A stretch of 64,000 nucleotides of DNA from Dehalococcoidia bacterium (GCA_965261605.1 OZ253466.1:336724-400723), one strand, 5' to 3'. Shown: positions 11,217 to 19,974, numbered from the stretch's first letter. The notes: a model not told the origin generated them from the sequence alone. Numbers and translations are program-made.

Positions 11217-12863
11217 CTAGTCCAGGTGTCCGGTCATCAACATGCCTACCTGGTGCGCAGAGGTATCAGCCGGGCGGGAATGACCAACCACCTCCCCACG
11301 ATGCATGACCATAAGCCTGTCACTAATAGCGAATAGCTCATCCAGGTCCTCAGATATTAGGACCGTTGCGGATCCGGCCTCCCTTGCCTTTAAGAGAAGA
11401 GCGCGGGTTATTTCCGCAGTCTTCACATCCAGACCGCGTGTTGGGTAATACGCAACCAGGACCCGCGGATCTCGAGTTAGCTCCCTATTGAGCACTACAC
11501 GCTGCATATTCCCACCGGAAAGTGTACCGACCTCCAGGCCGGGCTCCGGCATGGTCATTGGGAAGGCGGAAAACGAAGCATCAATCCGTTCCCGAATGGC
11601 CCCCCAATCCAGGAAGACATTCTGGTTTGCAAAGCTGTGAATCTCTCCCAACACCATGTTCTCTTCCACCCGCATATCCGGCACAAGCGCCATTCCAATA
11701 GCGTCTTCCGGAATATATCCAACGCCCGCGTTAAGGATGGCGGAAACGGACCATCCTTCCACATTCCTGCCATGTAGTATCACAGACCCAGACTGCTTGC
11801 GATGCAGGCCCAAGAGAACTTCCCCAATCTTCTCCTGGCCATTACCAGACACTCCCGCGATGCCCAGAATCTCACCAGGACTTACACGAAAACTAAATTG
11901 CTTGAGGCTAACTCCCTGATCCCCAGAAGGTGTAGTAACGTTATTGAACTCCAGCGCAATCTGAGTTGCCACCTTCTCAGCTCGGTTATCCTCAACACGC
12001 ACAGCTTGTGGTGGAGCGCTGCCTATCATCATGGTTACCAACTCTGCAGTTGTTGTCTCCTTCGGTGAAACAGTGCCCACCACCGCTCCATGTCTCAGGA
12101 CGGTGATTCTGTCTGCCGTGGCCATTACCTCTCGAAGCTTATGAGTTATAAAGAGGATTGCGTATCCGTCCGCCTTCAGCTCATCGAAAACCTTGAACAG
12201 CCCTTCAACCTCATGGGGCGCGAGGACGCTGGTAGGCTCATCGCAAATAAGCAGACGAGCATTCGCAATAATGAGTTTGATAAACTCCACCTTCTGTCGC
12301 TGGCCCATTGACAGAGATCCAACTCTTGCGCTTGGGTCAACCTCTAATGCGTACCTATCGGAAACCTCTTGTATCCGTGCCGAGAGAGTCTTGTGGTTCA
12401 GCACCATCCCCTGGTCCGGCCAGAATAGCGCTACGTTCTCCACCACAGTCATGGCAGGTACTAGAGTGAAGTTCTGGAACACCATGCCTACTCCTGCGCG
12501 TATGCTATCCTGAGGTGAACGGAACCTGGTCTCCTTACCATTCATTCGGATCGTGCCCGCGTCAGGCTGGTAGTACCCGTAGATGATTTTCATCAAGGTG
12601 CTTTTGCCGGCCCCGTTCTCTCCCAGTATGGCATGCACCTCTCCGTGTTTGAGTTCCAGATCAATGGCATCGTTAGCCATCACACCAGGAAAGCGCTTGG
12701 TGATGCCCTGCAGAGATAGCAGCGGCACGGTTGCCACTTCTGCCTCCTCACTGGCACGGGGTAAAGAAACATCCTCAATGATCTGAGAGTCAGATACTAG
12801 AGGAAGGTCAAGTTCATCGACAATGCGCTTGTTGCGCCACGGGACGTTAATCATAGCTTGCAT
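11217..12863 (-). CDS. ABC transporter ATP-binding protein (duplicated ATPase)
   Basis: It has two nucleotide-binding domains: Walker A GENGAGKST and GVSGNGQ, and signatures LSMGQRQ and LSGGNMQ. Confidence 0.9.
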   Translation of the reverse strand: MQAMINVPWRNKRIVDELDLPLVSDSQIIEDVSLPRASEEAEVATVPLLSLQGITKRFPGVMANDAIDLELKHGEVHAILGENGAGKSTLMKIIYGYYQPDAGTIRMNGKETRFRSPQDSIRAGVGMVFQNFTLVPAMTVVENVALFWPDQGMVLNHKTLSARIQEVSDRYALEVDPSARVGSLSMGQRQKVEFIKLIIANARLLICDEPTSVLAPHEVEGLFKVFDELKADGYAILFITHKLREVMATADRITVLRHGAVVGTVSPKETTTAELVTMMIGSAPPQAVRVEDNRAEKVATQIALEFNNVTTPSGDQGVSLKQFSFRVSPGEILGIAGVSGNGQEKIGEVLLGLHRKQSGSVILHGRNVEGWSVSAILNAGVGYIPEDAIGMALVPDMRVEENMVLGEIHSFANQNVFLDWGAIRERIDASFSAFPMTMPEPGLEVGTLSGGNMQRVVLNRELTRDPRVLVAYYPTRGLDVKTAEITRALLLKAREAGSATVLISEDLDELFAISDRLMVMHRGEVVGHSRPADTSAHQVGMLMTGHLD

Positions 12864-12890
12864 TCCTTAAGACATAGAAATAGATGCAAG

Positions 12891-12918
12891 AGTATAGTAA
12901 TCGTGAAATATCTCACAA
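12891..12918 (-). promoter_or_regulatory. Candidate promoter of the ABC/hydrolase operon
   Basis: Minus strand: TTGTGA (plus 12913-12918), a 16-nt spacer, then TATACT (plus 12891-12896), about 28 nt upstream of the ATPase start. Confidence 0.4.
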
Positions 12919-12919
12919 T

Positions 12920-12947
12920 TGTTACCGGGGTGTTACATAATTGTTAC
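12920..12947. promoter_or_regulatory. Three phased TGTTAC repeats abutting the -35
   Basis: TGTTAC occurs at 12920-12925, 12931-12936 and 12942-12947, exactly 11 nt apart. The outer two extend to AATTGTTAC. Confidence 0.35.
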
Positions 12948-13291
12948 GCAGACTATTCTCGTCCCAAGTTGTCGACCAGTGGCGTCCGTTGTAGAACTTC
13001 AGCGCGCTAGATTGGATGGCATGTTTACCGAGGGGGGATGAATCTATAGTTCGCATCTAAAAAACCTACCGATAGCGCCGTCTCGTTCCAGACTGCGCCA
13101 TTCCTGTCGAGAATCAGGCGGGATACGCGGCATTTATCCTGTGCATTTCACGCCTTTTCCGCTGTGTTGTCCCTTATAACCGCTCGAAGGGGAGATGCAC
13201 ACGGAGGTCACAGCTAGTGAGCAGTAATATATGCGACTATGGAACCCTACTACAGGGAGCAGTGATAACCTGAAGCTGCGTGAAGCACTGT

Positions 13292-13870
13292 CTACCGTAC
13301 AAAATGGTGGGCCCATCCGCTCTGGAAGTAACGGCGGTATGACTCCAGCTTGGCGGGAACCCGCTTGGGTGTAGTGGCACGGCGCTCGTACTCCAGAAAG
13401 TAGGGGCGCCACTGGCCCCTGTATCCCAGTTGGAAGGATGCGTCGGGGTGAACCACGTAGTTGGTCCCCATGTACCAGTAGCCGGCTGAGGAACGGGACA
13501 CGGGCAGCAGATCCAGCAGCTCGTAGCCGGGGGTGCGAGTTACCTCTGCTGTCAGGGCTGCGGCGAAGTCCGTGATTCCCGAGTGGTGTTGTAGCTGAGA
13601 AGCGATGGCTCGCACGGAAGCGCCGTAGTATACGTCAGCTTTGCCCCCCTGTCTTGCTTACGGCGTCGTGTGCCAGTCTTGGCGCTCCTCCGGGCCAGGG
13701 TAAGGGACACGGAGGCACGGTCACGGCGAGACAAGTAAGTCAGGCCGTCGTCGGTGAGGGCGTATAGTTGGCCGCCGCCACCACTCGCTGGTCGGCCTTA
13801 CTCGCGTAGAGTATCTTATGCAGCGCCACCAGGGCCTGGTCTTCTCCAAACTGGCCCATTATCGCGGACG
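13292..13870 (-). pseudogene. Decayed replication-relaxation (Replic_Relax-like) gene
   Basis: ORF 13292-13615 encodes ...VVHPDASFQLGYRGQWRPYFLEYERRATTPKRVPAKLESYRRYFQSG, which fits the PDA...E.DR.T...K...Y..Y pattern of that family. The expected N-terminal winged-helix part (YALTDDGLTYL) lies upstream in other frames across a G-run near 13640, and the C-terminus is truncated. Confidence 0.4.
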
Positions 13871-13920
13871 GTCTACACACCTGCCCAACCGGAGCCGTTG
13901 AAGAACCATCGGCCGCGCCG

Positions 13921-14913
13921 TCAACTCAGCCGGGCTATCAGCGCGTCCTCTTCCGAGAAGTCATATTCGCGTTGCTTGTCCAGCCCCTGTGCCATGAACC
14001 ACTCGTAGGTCTGCTCCACCGCCGACTCAAAGGTATAGAACGGCTCATATCCCAGATGATCCCACAGCTTCCCGATACCGAAGAGAGTGCTCTCGTCCCA
14101 GCGATGGATGTAGGGTGCGAGCCGCTGAATCAGGGGCCTCCGCATCTCCGGCGATGCCGAGTCCATGACCTCAGCGGGCACGAAGACCTTGTCAGCCTCC
14201 ACTCCCACGGCCTTGGCGCAGGTATCCACGTACCCCTCATCGCTGAAGTAGTCCTTTCCCGTGACGTTATAGATCTCTCCGTACGTTCTGGGGTTAAGGG
14301 CCATCATGCGCAGCGCCCTGGCCAGGTCGTCCACGTGGCCGACCTGGCCGAGCGTGGCGCCCCGGCCCGGCACCAGTATCTTGCGCCCCCTCAGCAGGCG
14401 TACGAACATCCTCTGCTCCCTGTCCAGGATTCCGTTGTCCGGCCCAAAGACCATGGAGAAGCGGGCAACCGTGATAGGGAATCGGCGCTGCCTGAACGCC
14501 CTCATCAGAAACTCCTCGCAGATGAGCTTGTTGCGCCCGTAGTCGGACTGGCGGGGAGTGCTGTCCACGGGAAAGTCCTCGTTTATGGGCAGAATGTTGG
14601 AGGCGGCGTATACGACTGTGGAGCTGGCGAAGACGTAGTGCCCAGTCCGCCCCTCGAATATGTCAACCATGCTCTCGACGTCCTCCAGCACGTAGGCGCT
14701 GATGTCGAATACCACGTCGAACTCCTCAGACCCAAGCGTCTCCTTGAGCTGCGACACGTCCTTCCGATCGGCGTAGAGACGGCGCACCTCCCTGGGCAGC
14801 CGGGCCTCCGTGACGCCCCTGTTGAGCGTGGTGACCGTGTGCCCGCACCGCACCAGCTCCTGGACGAGGTGCAGGCCGTTGAATCTTGTGCCTCCCATGA
14901 CCAGCGTTTTCAT
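13921..14913 (-). CDS. NAD-dependent epimerase/dehydratase (extended SDR)
   Basis: It has the N-terminal Rossmann motif VMGGTRFNG and is 330 aa long. Confidence 0.85.
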   Translation of the reverse strand: MKTLVMGGTRFNGLHLVQELVRCGHTVTTLNRGVTEARLPREVRRLYADRKDVSQLKETLGSEEFDVVFDISAYVLEDVESMVDIFEGRTGHYVFASSTVVYAASNILPINEDFPVDSTPRQSDYGRNKLICEEFLMRAFRQRRFPITVARFSMVFGPDNGILDREQRMFVRLLRGRKILVPGRGATLGQVGHVDDLARALRMMALNPRTYGEIYNVTGKDYFSDEGYVDTCAKAVGVEADKVFVPAEVMDSASPEMRRPLIQRLAPYIHRWDESTLFGIGKLWDHLGYEPFYTFESAVEQTYEWFMAQGLDKQREYDFSEEDALIARLS

Positions 14914-15074
14914 GTACTACCTCCTGTCCGCTATCCGACTGCGGCGGTCCCCGCGCTGCACGCCAGCGGTCCGGTGCGGCCCAGCGCGGACTCTACGAGG
15001 ATGACCCGATGAACGGCTCCATTCTAGCCTGCGAGAGGGCCGCAGTCGAGAGGAGGCCCAAGCCCTGAGCAATC

Positions 15075-15142
15075 CCAGCCCGCTCACGTGGTTCACTTCG
15101 GCAGGCTCAGGGCAAACCCTGGCATCAGCATGAGCGGGCTGG
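15075..15142. repeat. Perfect 12-bp inverted repeat enclosing a small hairpin
   Basis: CCAGCCCGCTCA (15075-15086) pairs perfectly with TGAGCGGGCTGG (15131-15142). An inner CAGGG-caaa-CCCTG hairpin lies at 15108-15121. Confidence 0.5.
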
Positions 15143-15430
15143 AATACACTACGCGTGGGTACCGTGGAAGCCGTTCATTCCGCTTATCCCAGTATCAAGT
15201 GCGGGGCCGGTTGGCGATAGGCCGAGCCAGGCTGAGCCGGTGCGACGCCGAACCGCCGATTGTATCGTGGCAGGAAGTCCGGCAGCATCCTGGTAACTCG
15301 CATCGTTAACTCCGCCGCCATTACCGACGCCGCGTGGCTCTGGCAAATTTGGACACTCACTTTGCTCGCGTCGGCCTTACTGCCACATTACCCCTTCGCA
15401 ACAAGGGGTTTCCGTCCGAGTTTCTAGTGG

Positions 15431-15476
15431 ATATCCCGATTGGGTTCCCAGGCCTTCCGGAAGCCCAATCGGATAT
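15431..15476. repeat. Long hairpin / palindrome upstream of ogg
   Basis: ATATCC(C)GATTGGG (15431-15444) pairs with CCCAATCGGATAT (15464-15476): 13 bp with one bulge. The loop contains the palindrome CTTCCGGAAG. Confidence 0.5.
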
Positions 15477-15617
15477 ACTAATGTCCAACAAGGCTAAAGG
15501 AGTGGTAGGAACGTTGGGAGAGCGATCGGCTCAGATAGGCGTGCGGGAAGCCGAATTGAATTGTCAGCAGATTCTTGGGCTTCCTCTGCAAGATTTTATG
15601 GTGCAGTGGTAGACGTG

Positions 15618-16484
15618 ATGAAGTGGCAACTTAACTTCGACCAGTCCCTCCAACATCCATTTGATTTGGCCAAGAGCTTGAACGGGACACAGGATTTCCG
15701 CTGGCGTAAGCTGGGCTATGGCTGGTATTCCTGTGTGCTGGGTGGAAACCCGATTCACATTCGGCAAAGCGACCACGGAGTGGAGTACCGGGCTCACTCC
15801 GAACTTAATGCCCTGTTGAGTGCTTACTTTCGCCTGGACGACGAGATTGAGGTCATCTACGCTTGCATCTCCTCCCGCGACGACAATGTCGCCGGGCTGG
15901 TGAAGGATTATCCGCATCTGCGCATCATGCGGCAAACGGATCACTGGGAGTGCATGGTTGCCTACATCTGCTCGTCCAATAACAACGTAGACCGCATCAG
16001 CAAGATCATCGAGAAAATAGCGGGGAATCTCGGAACGCCCGTAGAGCTGGACGGCGAGGTGCGCAATACCTTCCCCACGCCAGAATTGGTGCTCGAAGCG
16101 GGTGTAGGTCCATTAGAGGAGTTGGGTCTGGGCCTCGGCCGCCATTCCAAGATAGTCGACGCTGCCCAGCATATATGCGATGGCAAACTGGACCTGAGTC
16201 GTTTGGCGCAACCGCAAGTACCCTACGCGGAGGCGAAGGGGCAGCTGATGGAATGTCACGGCATTGGTCCCAAGGTCGCCGACTGCATCGCCCTGTTTTC
16301 TTTGGATAAGATGGAGGCTTTCCCGGTAGATGTGCATATGCGTCGAGCAGTGGAAGGTTACTTCCAGAGCCGGGGTCGGCCCAGCGACAAGTCGATAGTC
16401 AAGTGGGCACAGGACCGCTTCGGAGAGTACGCAGGCTATGCCAATCAGTTCCTGTTCCACCAGCAGTTCAATGCACAACAATAG
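15618..16484 (+). CDS. ogg: 8-oxoguanine DNA glycosylase / HhH-GPD family (OGG1-like)
   Basis: It has the HhH-GPD motif GIGPKVADCIALF followed by FPVDVH, and an OGG-type N-terminal domain. The start is taken at ATG 15618 (MKWQLNF). Confidence 0.8.
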   Translation: MKWQLNFDQSLQHPFDLAKSLNGTQDFRWRKLGYGWYSCVLGGNPIHIRQSDHGVEYRAHSELNALLSAYFRLDDEIEVIYACISSRDDNVAGLVKDYPHLRIMRQTDHWECMVAYICSSNNNVDRISKIIEKIAGNLGTPVELDGEVRNTFPTPELVLEAGVGPLEELGLGLGRHSKIVDAAQHICDGKLDLSRLAQPQVPYAEAKGQLMECHGIGPKVADCIALFSLDKMEAFPVDVHMRRAVEGYFQSRGRPSDKSIVKWAQDRFGEYAGYANQFLFHQQFNAQQ

Positions 16485-16671
16485 AAGCACGAGTCTCTTG
16501 GATAATGAATCGCGCCATGCCGATGTCAATCGACGCTATGCTTCACGGGCATGGAGGAACCCCTATCTGGCCGCGCCGTGGGAACGTCACAGAGGCGCAT
16601 TGAAAACCGTCTACTCCGATGGCGCCTTGAGCGCGCCCGGCGCCGGTAGGGGTTTGATAATGGAGGACTAA

Positions 16672-17685
16672 ATGGCCGAACCGACGACGGAACAGTGGCA
16701 AGACTTGCACAAATCATTCATGGACTACTGTGAGGCGGCGCCTTGGCAATGGCTAAACGACATGGATGTTCTGGCAGTTGAGGACCCATCTGGGGAGTAC
16801 AAGGGATACTGCGCGGTCATGGGTAGCGGCGAGATGGAATACGGACTGTCCGTACATATCGGCGACGAGGGCCTGGCTGGCTATCTGGCGCTGATGACGG
16901 GAGAGATTGAACCCGAGTCGTCGGAGGCGTTCGACCGAATGAATGCCCTGTCGGCCATGCTTGCTGACAGGGAAGACCTGGACACAACGGATCGCGCCCT
17001 CATACGTAGGTTGGGCCTCAGGTACCGGGGGCGAGGAAGGTGGCCTCTGTTTCGCAGTACCGCCACAGGCTACATGCCTTGGTACCTGAACTCAGACGAG
17101 GCTGTGTTCTTGACAATGGCGTTGAGAAACGTGACGGACGTAGCGTTGAGGGTGGCAGGTGGAGAAGAGGTCCTCTACTCGGAAAGCGACCCCAGCCTGA
17201 TCCTGACCCGTGTTTTTCGGGGCGGCGCGTGGCAGGACCAATGGCAACCCTTCAGACCACCTCAAACAACTGCGCCTGTTCCAGGCTATCCTGATTTGGA
17301 GCGGCTTCAACAGTTGGCTCGGTCGAAGTCCAAGGGACCTTCGGTCTGGGAGTTGAGTACATTCTATCTCCACACGCCGATTCAGGAGAAGAGAGGGGAA
17401 CGACCCTACTTCCCAGCGATTGTCCTTGTCGTCGACAGGGATTCTTCATTCATACTGAGTCCCGATGTTCTGGGGGCTGGCACATCGGCCACTGAGCGTC
17501 AGGACGTTCTGGTCAGACTGCTGGAGGCTGTGGATGTTTTGCCTGTGGAGGTGGTGGTCGACTCAACGAGCACAGCCCATCTGGTCGAGTCGGTCACAAG
17601 TTCTCTCGACGTCAAGCTCTCGGTGGGTGCAACTCCGACGCTGGACGAAGTGAAGGAATCGCTTATGACGTTAATGGACAGATAA
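16672..17685 (+). CDS. Hypothetical protein (337 aa)
   Basis: This is a long ORF with ordinary coding character and no strong competing ORF (only short antisense ORFs overlap it). I recognise no catalytic motif. Confidence 0.6.
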   Translation: MAEPTTEQWQDLHKSFMDYCEAAPWQWLNDMDVLAVEDPSGEYKGYCAVMGSGEMEYGLSVHIGDEGLAGYLALMTGEIEPESSEAFDRMNALSAMLADREDLDTTDRALIRRLGLRYRGRGRWPLFRSTATGYMPWYLNSDEAVFLTMALRNVTDVALRVAGGEEVLYSESDPSLILTRVFRGGAWQDQWQPFRPPQTTAPVPGYPDLERLQQLARSKSKGPSVWELSTFYLHTPIQEKRGERPYFPAIVLVVDRDSSFILSPDVLGAGTSATERQDVLVRLLEAVDVLPVEVVVDSTSTAHLVESVTSSLDVKLSVGATPTLDEVKESLMTLMDR

Positions 17686-17743
17686 CCGCTGAAGGGCAGC
17701 AATCGCGATCTGTCGGAGGGCCCGCCTACAGCACCAGCCTGAA

Positions 17744-17786
17744 CCTCAACATGAAGGTTCTTGATTTTCTCCAGTTTGGTGGGCCA
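17744..17786. repeat. Direct repeat copy A (matches the tRNA-Ile 3' end plus its downstream flank)
   Basis: 39 of 43 nt are identical to 19803-19845, and weaker similarity extends to about 17715. The last 10 nt (tggtgggcca) equal the acceptor 3' strand plus CCA of tRNA-Ile. Confidence 0.8.
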
Positions 17787-17951
17787 CCCACCACTGCATC
17801 TCTGTTCTGGATCGACACTAGGCGAGAAAAACACGGAAATCACCCTAGAGGGATTCTTGGTAGTCTTGGGTGAGGTCACAAAGCAATTGGAATCGGTGGA
17901 ACCGCCAGAAGAAGGCTAGGGGCCGCTCATCGAAGGCGGCTGCAACCATCG

Positions 17952-19481
17952 TCATTGGCGGGCTCCTGTGCGCACAGAACATGTCAAGAAATGTTGGTTC
18001 TCCGAACACACCCACTCCTCGTTGGAGGCGGGTGACAGCGTTGTTGCAGGTGAGGGCACATGTGTAGTCAGAGGCAGCTCCAGTCTCTCCAGATTCGCGG
18101 GATCTGTGAACACCGAACTATCTATTTCCGTCAGCGGATTGCTGTGGAGACTGAGGGTATCGAGACCCGTGAGTTCGCCGAACACACCCTCCTCCAACGA
18201 GGTTAGCTCGTTGATGCTCAGATCAAGCGATGTGAGCGAAGAAAGCCCTCGGAACACGCCTGCCTCCAGCGACGCCAACTCATTGTCGCTGAGATTAAGC
18301 GATGTGAGTGAGGAGAGTCCGTCAAATGCACCCACTTCCAGGGTTGTTAACCGATTGCGATACAGGTTGAGTTCCTCTAGTGCGTCGAGCCCCTCGAAGA
18401 CTCCCGCTTCCAGAGTGGTCAACGGATTAGGTGGGAAATGGAAATGGCCGCTGAGGTCGAGCTGCTTCAGTGATGTGATCCCGTGGAACAACTCCCTAGG
18501 TAGGGTCGCGCCAGTGTACAGACTGAGACGCGTTACAGGAAACCCAGTGAGCACACCCGCCTCCAGTTGAGCCACCCCAGTTACCATGCTGAGTTCCCTC
18601 AGTGAAGCGAGTTTGTCGAACAACCCATTGGGCGGCGCCGTCTCCCCGGCGTAGCTCAGCTGGAGTTCCGTCAGAGAAGTTAGGCTGTCGAACACGCCCG
18701 CCTCAAGGGAGGTCAATGGGTTGCCGCTTAGATCGAGATACTTAAGCGCGCTGAGATCGTCGAATATACCGGCCTCCAGGGAGGTCAATCTGTGGCCATC
18801 TCCCAGGTAAAGCGCTCTCAACGACGTAAGTCCCGCAAACACCCCCTTTTCTAACGATGCTAGGCGATTCTTGTACGGCGACCCAAGCCAGTCTGGATAC
18901 GCTATGTAATAGATGCCTCCTAGATTGAGCGCCGTGAGCGAGGCAAGGCCGTCGAACACTCCCGCTTCCAGGTAGGTGAAGCCGGCGCCACGTAGATCAA
19001 GGGTCTCCAGAGCTGTGAGACCATCGAAATCGCCTGGCTGAAAGTTGGCAGCGTTCTCTCCACCAGCAGGATGTATCTTGCCGTCAATGGTGGCCAGTTG
19101 TGCGGCAGTGACCGCCGCACAGTCATCAACTCCGTCGATCCTCTCAAGGATGGCATCGCGGACTTGCTCAGTACGATCGCAGATACCAACAGATGTATGC
19201 ACCCGAGTGGCAGCGTTCTCCTCGACTGTGGATGTAGGTGGTGGTGTAGGTGTATTGGTTGGTGTGGACGCAGCTATAGAGACCGGAGTGTGTGTTGGAG
19301 TCCTAGTAGGAACGGATTCCGATGTCGGCGTTAATGTTACCAGTGGAGTAGACGTGCTGGTCGGCTGCGTTACAGTGGTCGAAGCGGGCCCGTCATCACA
19401 TGCCGACAGAACGACGGCTAGCAGGCAAAGCAAGCCAACCCAAGCGAATCCCTGCATGGTTCTACGCGACGTAATCTGCAA
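17952..19481 (-). CDS. Secreted leucine-rich-repeat lipoprotein
   Basis: It has a lipobox LSAC after a hydrophobic signal, a Thr/Pro-rich linker, then more than 12 tandem roughly 24-aa LRR units (L..L.L..N.L..L..GVF..L). Confidence 0.8.
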   Translation of the reverse strand: MQITSRRTMQGFAWVGLLCLLAVVLSACDDGPASTTVTQPTSTSTPLVTLTPTSESVPTRTPTHTPVSIAASTPTNTPTPPPTSTVEENAATRVHTSVGICDRTEQVRDAILERIDGVDDCAAVTAAQLATIDGKIHPAGGENAANFQPGDFDGLTALETLDLRGAGFTYLEAGVFDGLASLTALNLGGIYYIAYPDWLGSPYKNRLASLEKGVFAGLTSLRALYLGDGHRLTSLEAGIFDDLSALKYLDLSGNPLTSLEAGVFDSLTSLTELQLSYAGETAPPNGLFDKLASLRELSMVTGVAQLEAGVLTGFPVTRLSLYTGATLPRELFHGITSLKQLDLSGHFHFPPNPLTTLEAGVFEGLDALEELNLYRNRLTTLEVGAFDGLSSLTSLNLSDNELASLEAGVFRGLSSLTSLDLSINELTSLEEGVFGELTGLDTLSLHSNPLTEIDSSVFTDPANLERLELPLTTHVPSPATTLSPASNEEWVCSENQHFLTCSVRTGARQ

Positions 19482-19667
19482 TCTCTCCAGCCCAATGATG
19501 TGGGCTCTATATTACTACATTACTACGTCCCCCATTTGACGTGTCGCTTAAGCAATCGCACACGTCTCGGTCCACATCCAAGTTACGCAGGTGTTCACCG
19601 TATCCTCCGCGTCGATGGAGGTTGCCACCGTGCTGGTTACTAGGCATGCGGCGATCAGGCAAAAGCA

Positions 19668-19707
19668 AAGAGGGCCCGCTGTGAAACAGTGGGCCCATCC
19701 CGCAACT
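19668..19707 (-). terminator. Rho-independent terminator downstream of tRNA-Ile
   Basis: On the minus strand, the stem GGGCCCACTGT-ttc-ACAGCGGGCCC (plus 19683-19707) is followed by TCTTTGCTTTTGCC. Confidence 0.5.
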
Positions 19708-19802
19708 CCGTTGTTTCTCGGTGGGAATCCCACTCGGTCCTCGGCTGGCATCGCTGCCTAGCTCACCGAGGTCAGTGGTCTACCTTATAGGACCAGAACG
19801 AA

Positions 19803-19845
19803 CGTCAACGTGAAGGTTCTTGATTTTGTCCAGCTTGGTGGGCCA
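19803..19845. repeat. Direct repeat copy B (overlaps the tRNA-Ile 3' end)
   Basis: This is the partner of 17744-17786. Positions 19836-19845 lie inside the tRNA gene. Confidence 0.8.
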
Positions 19846-19912
19846 GCGTGGATTCGAACCACGGACCTCAGTCTTATCAGGACTGCGCTCTAACCACCTG
19901 AGCTACTGGCCC
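19836..19912 (-). tRNA. tRNA-Ile (anticodon GAU), CCA encoded
   Basis: The minus-strand sequence GGGCCAGTAGCTCAGGTGGTTAGAGCGCAGTCCTGATAAGACTGAGGTCCGTGGTTCGAATCCACGCTGGCCCACCA folds into a canonical cloverleaf. The anticodon loop is CTGATAA. Confidence 0.95.
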
Positions 19913-19974
19913 AATGCAGAGAAATGAGGAGCCGGAGAAGCGTTCATCGGCTAAACTCCAGCGCCTCAGCCTGT

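Noticed and set aside
13972-15012. A 346-aa ORF on the plus strand
   Set aside because: It is antisense to the epimerase gene, which has a clear Rossmann motif. This is a typical GC-rich shadow ORF.
15255-15300. A GGCAGGAAGTCCGGCAGC segment reminiscent of RNase P (GGAAAGUCCGG) or SRP (UCCGGAAGGAAGCAGC) cores
   Set aside because: The motif order and flanking conserved blocks of both RNAs are absent, so I could not build either consensus structure.
18060-18900. Roughly 72-nt periodic repeats
   Set aside because: These are leucine-rich-repeat units of a single long ORF, not a CRISPR or non-coding array.
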